From the IMG/VR virus record IMGVR_UViG_3300049595_003462: a stretch of DNA of 64,000 nucleotides; one strand, given 5' to 3'. The notes under the pieces are model-generated. The model did no database searches, had not been told where the DNA came from, and saw only the letters and a list, made by a program, of their open reading frames with translations. The DNA is from an uncultured virus (IMG/VR IMGVR_UViG_3300049595_003462). Lineage: Duplodnaviria > Heunggongvirae > Uroviricota > Caudoviricetes. Below are positions 60,244-64,000 of this stretch, one piece after another; the stretch's first letter is position 1, and every line of letters starts with the position of its first letter. Both the position numbers and the translations under genes were made by a program.

Positions 60244-60278
60244 ACTAATAAATACCTTTCCATTTGGAAAAAAATAAG

Positions 60279-60350
60279 TTGCGATAAAAGGAATTGAACC
60301 TTTGACATCTTGGATATGAATCAAGTGCTCTACCACTGAGCTATATCGCA
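60279..60350 (-). tRNA. tRNA with CAT anticodon (Met; Ile2 not excluded)
   Basis: TGCGATA/TATCGCA acceptor, CTTGA-TTCATAT-CCAAG. Confidence 0.8.
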
Positions 60351-60355
60351 ATTTG

Positions 60356-60430
60356 TAGTCTTATAAGGACTCGAACCTTAACGTCTTTTTGTCCGTAGCA
60401 AAATGTTTTATCCAATTAAACTATAAGACC
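60356..60430 (-). tRNA. tRNA-Arg(ACG)
   Basis: TTTTG-CTACGGA-CAAAA. Confidence 0.88.
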
Positions 60431-60434
60431 ATTG

Positions 60435-60507
60435 TTGTCCCGACAGGTCTCGAACCTATACTCTTCTGGACCAAAACCAGACGTGTTGCCAATTACACCA
60501 CAGGACA
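60435..60507 (-). tRNA. tRNA-Gln(TTG)
   Basis: TCTGG-TTTTGGT-CCAGA. Confidence 0.9.
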
Positions 60508-60514
60508 ATTTTTG

Positions 60515-60596
60515 TGGGAGCGATAGGACTCGAACCTATGAACTCTAAAGAGGGCGGAGTTACAGTCCGCAGCAATTGCCGCTATGCGACGCTCCC
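60515..60596 (-). tRNA. tRNA-Tyr(GTA)
   Basis: GCGGA-CTGTAAC-TCCGC. Confidence 0.92.
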
Positions 60597-60600
60597 AAAT

Positions 60601-60735
60601 AAGGAAAACAGAAGATGGTCGAGTGGACATCTGTTTTTACGATTAGCATTACTTAGGTGAATACCTCCCAACTCCGATTGTACTAGTCAGTATTCACTCT
60701 CGAACTATCAGTACAATCATTCCCTAATCAACCTT
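60601..60735 (-). ncRNA. Candidate pseudoknotted ncRNA between tRNA-Trp and tRNA-Tyr
   Basis: 9-bp, 8-bp, 8-bp and 6-bp perfect helices, one crossing. Confidence 0.65.
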
Positions 60736-60737
60736 TG

Positions 60738-60818
60738 CACGCCAGGAAGGATTCGAACCCCCGTTAAATTAACTTACAGTTTTGGAGACTGTTGCCTAAG
60801 CCGCTCGGCCACTGACGT
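60738..60818 (-). tRNA. tRNA-Trp(CCA) with extended variable region
   Basis: ACAGT-CTCCAAA-ACTGT; A1-U72, G73; 13-nt variable region. Confidence 0.85.
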
Positions 60819-60830
60819 GTATTTTTTTTG

Positions 60831-60901
60831 AGGTCGGTACAGGATTTGAACCTGTGTAAGCGGTTTTGCAGACCGATGCCTAACCACTCGGCCAACCGAC
60901 C
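60831..60901 (-). tRNA. tRNA-Cys(GCA)
   Basis: CGGT-CTGCAAA-ACCG, U73. Confidence 0.9.
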
Positions 60902-61006
60902 TTAATATTTTATCAATTCACCGATTACCACAATTACGGTGAGACCATCGGGTACTCGGACCCGTGTTTTCTTTTTACCCGTGGATTAAACTATTTGATA
61001 GGGTAG

Positions 61007-61081
61007 TGTCCCCGATGGGGCTCGAACCCATGACCCCTAAATTAAAAGTTTAGTGCTCTAAACCAACTGAGCTACGAAGAC
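61007..61081 (-). tRNA. tRNA-Lys(TTT)
   Basis: CTAAA-CTTTTAA-TTTAG. Confidence 0.9.
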
Positions 61082-61087
61082 ATTGTG

Positions 61088-61159
61088 TTGTCACGATAGG
61101 ATTTGAACCTATGACCGCTTCCGTATCAGGGAAGAACTCTACCGCTGAGTTACGTGACA
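61088..61159 (-). tRNA. tRNA-Ile(GAT)
   Basis: CTTCC-CTGATAC-GGAAG. Confidence 0.9.
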
Positions 61160-61161
61160 AT

Positions 61162-61692
61162 AAAAAAAGGTTCTAAATCATCCCCACGCCATTTTGAGAG
61201 AACCTTTTAAGTTTTAGATTTGGCGATATAGTATCCCACACCGATATGTCTAAGATTTGTTAGACAATAGTAACCATCCACGGTGGGTCTGTACTTTCAC
61301 ACTCCGTCCATGTTTACTTATCTAATCGGTTTGTCATAGAGTTTTCAACATAGCGTTCAGTGCTATCCTCAGAACATCTTCACCCTACCCCCAAAGTTAC
61401 GTGGTGAGTCTCACTCGGAAGAAGAGTGTGTACCGTAAGATTGTTCAGTATTCTTACGACTTGTGGATTCTATTACGACTAATTAAAGCCCCTTACCCCC
61501 TTAATCCATAATGGGGAACTCTTCTAATTTGAGATTCCAATGTACCTGACGGAATTTCACCCAATCAATTAATCTCGTTCATGAAAGATTATACAAGTTT
61601 CACTCTGTGTTACCTCCCCCATAGCCTTGAAGCCTTCAAGTCAGGGTCACACACCATAACGAACAAGTACTTTTCGTTAATCGTGGGGTCTT
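61162..61692 (-). ncRNA. Large ornate structured ncRNA candidate (~530 nt; GOLLD/ROOL-like size and context, or new)
   Basis: No credible ORF, visibly GC-richer than its flanks, more than 10 complementary helices including long-range and crossing pairs. Confidence 0.65.
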
Positions 61693-61758
61693 AAGTAAAG
61701 TATGACGTTTGATCGTCCTATGGTTGTTTCCATCCGCGGACTCACGGTTCTCTTTACT

Positions 61759-61848
61759 TGGCGGAGAGGGAGGGATTCGAACCCCCGTTAGAGTCTCCCC
61801 TAAAACGGTTTTCAAGACCGCCGCGTTCGACCGCTCTGCCACCTCTCC
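61759..61848 (-). tRNA. tRNA-Ser(TGA)
   Basis: GCGGT-CTTGAAA-ACCGT, long variable arm, encoded CCA. Confidence 0.95.
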
Positions 61849-61872
61849 ATTTAATAGGTACAAACCTAATAA

Positions 61873-62268
61873 TTATTTTATTAAAATCCAAGCTTCTTTA
61901 CAATATTTTTCATGTTTTCTTGCTTCGATTTCCATTGGATGCTTTTCATATCCATGTGTTTTTAACATTTTATAATACCTACTTACAATTGGTTGTAATG
62001 TGTGGGCATATTCATGTAATGTTGTTTCAATTACATCTTTAACATTCTTACAATTGTTTTTAAAGATATAAATAGTATTAGTATCAGGATTATACTCACC
62101 AAAATTTTGAATTTCGGCGTTTTTACTTTGATTCTTAACTACAACAGTACAACATCCTTTTCTTTTGTTAATTCCAAATTTAAATACACTATATCTTATT
62201 GTTTTATCAACAATTCTTCTAATTTCTCTGTGATTTAAATTATTTAAATTTGTATTTAGTCTGATCAT
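61873..62268 (-). CDS. HExxH zincin-like metallopeptidase
   Basis: GEY..I..TTLHEYAHTLQ..HPMEIEAR; TATATTTG at 62288-62295. Confidence 0.7.
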   Translation of the reverse strand: MIRLNTNLNNLNHREIRRIVDKTIRYSVFKFGINKRKGCCTVVVKNQSKNAEIQNFGEYNPDTNTIYIFKNNCKNVKDVIETTLHEYAHTLQPIVSRYYKMLKTHGYEKHPMEIEARKHEKYCKEAWILIK

Positions 62269-62328
62269 ATGTTTATTGTTTGGAATACAAATATACATAA
62301 AAATACCATATTAACAAAAAAATATTTT

Positions 62329-62420
62329 TAGGTCGTGACGAACCCATCTGTCACTTCTTACTAGATACTTGTGGCTTGATTATCATGATTAACGCCGCTA
62401 CCACTAGGGATCCCAACCTA
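62329..62420 (-). ncRNA. Candidate structured RNA downstream of tRNA-His
   Basis: TAGGTTG/CGACCTA closure, GTGAC/GTCAC hairpin, possible GGATCC/GGGTTC pseudoknot. Confidence 0.5.
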
Positions 62421-62424
62421 TTTG

Positions 62425-62500
62425 GGTGACTAACGGGAGTCGAACCCGTGACCTCTTGAACCACAATCAAGCACTCTAAACCAACTGAGCTATAGCCAAC
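62425..62500 (-). tRNA. tRNA-His(GTG)
   Basis: G-1:C73, CTTGA-TTGTGGT-TCAAG. Confidence 0.9.
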
Positions 62501-62501
62501 A

Positions 62502-62662
62502 TGTAAAAGGTAGTGGTTGACTTTATCAAGAATCCCGCCTAGCGACCATAAGTTTGGGCCCAGCTTCACACACCATTAGAGAGTTGGGTATTACTACCTA
62601 TCCTTAGTGTGTACCCTTGCGTCACGTCTCTCCACGCTTATCAACCTACGCATTTTACTACC
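62502..62662 (-). ncRNA. Candidate structured RNA (~160 nt)
   Basis: Long closing stem, CACACTA/TGGTGTG, GGTA-GTAA-TACC, crossing GGAGAG/CTCTCT. Confidence 0.5.
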
Positions 62663-62666
62663 AATT

Positions 62667-62774
62667 GCCGATTAAAAAGGATTCGAACCTTAATCTTACT
62701 CCCCTGGTTACCGTACCTAATCTGAAGACTCGAACTTCAGCGGGGGGTGTTGTGCGCCATTACACCATAATCAA
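62667..62774 (-). ncRNA. tRNA-like RNA without a canonical anticodon loop, with an extra T-loop hairpin
   Basis: TTGATTA/TAATCGG acceptor, D-arm, T-arm AAGG-TTCGAAT-CCTT, internal CTGAAG-TTCGAGT-CTTCAG. Confidence 0.6.
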
Positions 62775-62823
62775 TCGAGTGTTTCGAATCACTCAGTCTC
62801 AGATTAATTACTCCTGAGATTTG

Positions 62824-62937
62824 TAATCAGGACAGGATTCGAACCTGTATTAGTTGTACACCTAACTGAATCAATTTCCTCCGAGTACATCCGAACCCTA
62901 CTTTATCATCATGCATCTACCATTCTGCCACCTGACT
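62824..62937 (-). ncRNA. tRNA-like RNA family copy 1 (114 nt)
   Basis: AGTCAGG/CCTGATT-A acceptor, Leu-like D-arm, ACAGG-TTCGAAT-CCTGT, expanded anticodon arm. Confidence 0.7.
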
Positions 62938-63118
62938 ATTTCTTAAATGCTAATTTTATCTTTTCCCATATACTCATACTCTTATAATCATAGTAAAAGT
63001 TTATTGCTCTTGGAATACCACTCGACCAATGATGACATTCTGTTGATAATTTTTCGTAATGTTCTAAATCTGATTCACGTAAATCTTCATTAGTTGCTTG
63101 ATAACATTTATTTTCCAT
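62936..63118 (-). CDS. Small hypothetical protein
   Basis: 60 aa; TAG stop overlaps the 5' end of tRNA-like copy 1. Confidence 0.5.
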   Translation of the reverse strand: MENKCYQATNEDLRESDLEHYEKLSTECHHWSSGIPRAINFYYDYKSMSIWEKIKLAFKK

Positions 63119-63191
63119 AATTTTATTTTTATTTAAAGTTTATCGTTCTAAATCCCGCCCTTCTGGTAGCTGCAAAACGGTAGAAGTAATA

Positions 63192-63440
63192 TCATTTATA
63201 TCTTTTAAATCTATTATCACTTAAATCATCCACACCTTCACCAATTTTAATCCTATCTAATTTAGTTCTCTGTTCAAGTTCTAATATTTTATTTTTCAAT
63301 TCGTCTATAACCTTATTATATCCTTTTGTTCCTATTTCACCTTTAGATAAGTGTTTAGTTTTAGCTAAAATTGTTTCCAACTCTGTTCTTAACTTATCTA
63401 TTTCTTTTTGTCTATTAATGATACTACTTGAACTTTTCAT
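63192..63440 (-). CDS. Small hypothetical protein
   Basis: 82 aa, coiled-coil-like, between tRNA-like copies. Confidence 0.55.
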   Translation of the reverse strand: MKSSSSIINRQKEIDKLRTELETILAKTKHLSKGEIGTKGYNKVIDELKNKILELEQRTKLDRIKIGEGVDDLSDNRFKRYK

Positions 63441-63529
63441 CTTCGTAAGTTATTTTTTTGTTTTTAAATTAAATTATTATTTAGATACTTTATAAACTTC
63501 CCTACTGGGATTTGAACTCAACACTTTTG

Positions 63530-63671
63530 TAGTCAGGACAGGATTCGAACCTGTAACTCCTATTGCGTCTACTCATATCACTTTAGGATAGACTAATATG
63601 ACCCTGCGGAGTAGAATCGTCTATCTTTCGATACCTATATTAGCGAGTCTAACCAATTCCGCCACCTGACT
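63530..63671 (-). ncRNA. tRNA-like RNA family copy 2 (142 nt)
   Basis: Same acceptor/T-arm; CTAATAT/ATATTAG arm with insert; TCCTA/TAGGA variable arm. Confidence 0.7.
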
Positions 63672-63676
63672 AAATT

Positions 63677-63800
63677 TGCTCGTCTATTCCGAGCTGTCAA
63701 CGATCCTTGAAGCTTACCTACGCACTGTGAGGTAGACCGTGTGTTCGTTCGCATTGCCTAATCATTGAGCGCTTTTACATTTCGGCTGCCGTGCGTGTCA
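63677..63800 (-). ncRNA. Candidate pseudoknotted RNA between tRNA-like copies 3 and 2
   Basis: ACGCAC/GTGCGT crossing TACCT/AGGTA; terminal GCTCG/CGAGC. Confidence 0.45.
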
Positions 63801-63801
63801 G

Positions 63802-63891
63802 TAGTCAGGACAGGATTCGAACCTGTAAATTTCCAATCGCAACGATACCATATCCTATCTTGGAGTCGAACCAACTTTAAACCACCTGACT
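63802..63891 (-). ncRNA. tRNA-like RNA family copy 3 (90 nt)
   Basis: Same acceptor/T-arm; interior has a second T-loop hairpin TTGG-TTCGACT-CCAA. Confidence 0.7.
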
Positions 63892-63898
63892 ATTTGTT

Positions 63899-64000
63899 TT
63901 ATCTTTGATTTGTTTTTTCTAAATAATCTTTATACGATTTATATTTTTCCCTATGTTCGACAATTAACTTAATGTAGTCCTCCAACGGTTTTATCACACC
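63899..64000 (-). CDS. 3' end of a hypothetical protein (partial)
   Basis: Open frame ..GVIKPLEDYIKLIVEHREKYKSYKDYLEKTNQR*, ending 7 nt before copy 3. Confidence 0.45.
   Translation of the reverse strand, partial: GVIKPLEDYIKLIVEHREKYKSYKDYLEKTNQR

Noticed and set aside
32361..60697. 9-nt complementarity between the 32.36 kb leader (AGTATTCAC) and the loop of the 60.6 kb RNA (GTGAATACT)
   Set aside because: A 9-mer match is expected by chance in 64 kb, and the loop already has a local partner
61162..61692. RNase P RNA or group I/II intron
   Set aside because: No GAGGAAAGUCC/P4 signature, no recognisable P7 or domain V, and no interrupted gene
61636..62817. ORF-track entries 61636-61863, 61709-61975, 61758-62042, 62351-62569, 62617-62817
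   Set aside because: They overlap tRNAs or structured RNAs and have no protein-like features
63495..63525. T-arm-like remnant (TGAG-TTCAAAT-CCCA on the - strand)
   Set aside because: No matching acceptor or D arm; too short to call
62824..63891. CRISPR array suggested by the recurring 26-nt sequence
   Set aside because: Spacing is irregular (hundreds of nt), the repeat is a tRNA T-arm/acceptor half, and no cas genes are present
1..64000. Alternative genetic code (stop-codon reassignment), as seen in some large phages
   Set aside because: Core genes are full length in the standard code, TAG and TGA serve as real stops, and no suppressor tRNA was found

Overview
This AT-rich window comes from a large T4-like (jumbo-type) tailed phage that uses the standard genetic code. 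The host is probably a Bacteroidota, inferred from TAnnTTTG promoters, a Bacteroidota-type bS21 and a lipoprotein with D-S/T-T motifs. From left to right it holds: late/virion genes; a ~19 kb glycan-synthesis island (glycosyltransferases, methyltransferases, NDP-sugar dehydrogenase, GDP-mannose-epimerase-like enzyme, NadE, dUTPase, PhoH); a gp55-like late sigma factor; probable baseplate genes; the head module (major capsid, scaffold, prohead protease, portal, large terminase) with an antisense rpsU; a proteostasis block (UVR-motif protein, ClpC lacking its N-domain, peptidase, tmRNA with an unusual 22-aa tag); and a minus-strand RNA-gene region. That last region has 11 tRNAs interleaved with many non-tRNA structured elements. 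These include a ~530-nt ornate pseudoknotted RNA and a family of anticodon-less tRNA-like RNAs with constant acceptor/T arms and variable interiors, and they are the best candidates for an undescribed system. All calls come from reading motifs and base-pairing by eye; no searches were run.
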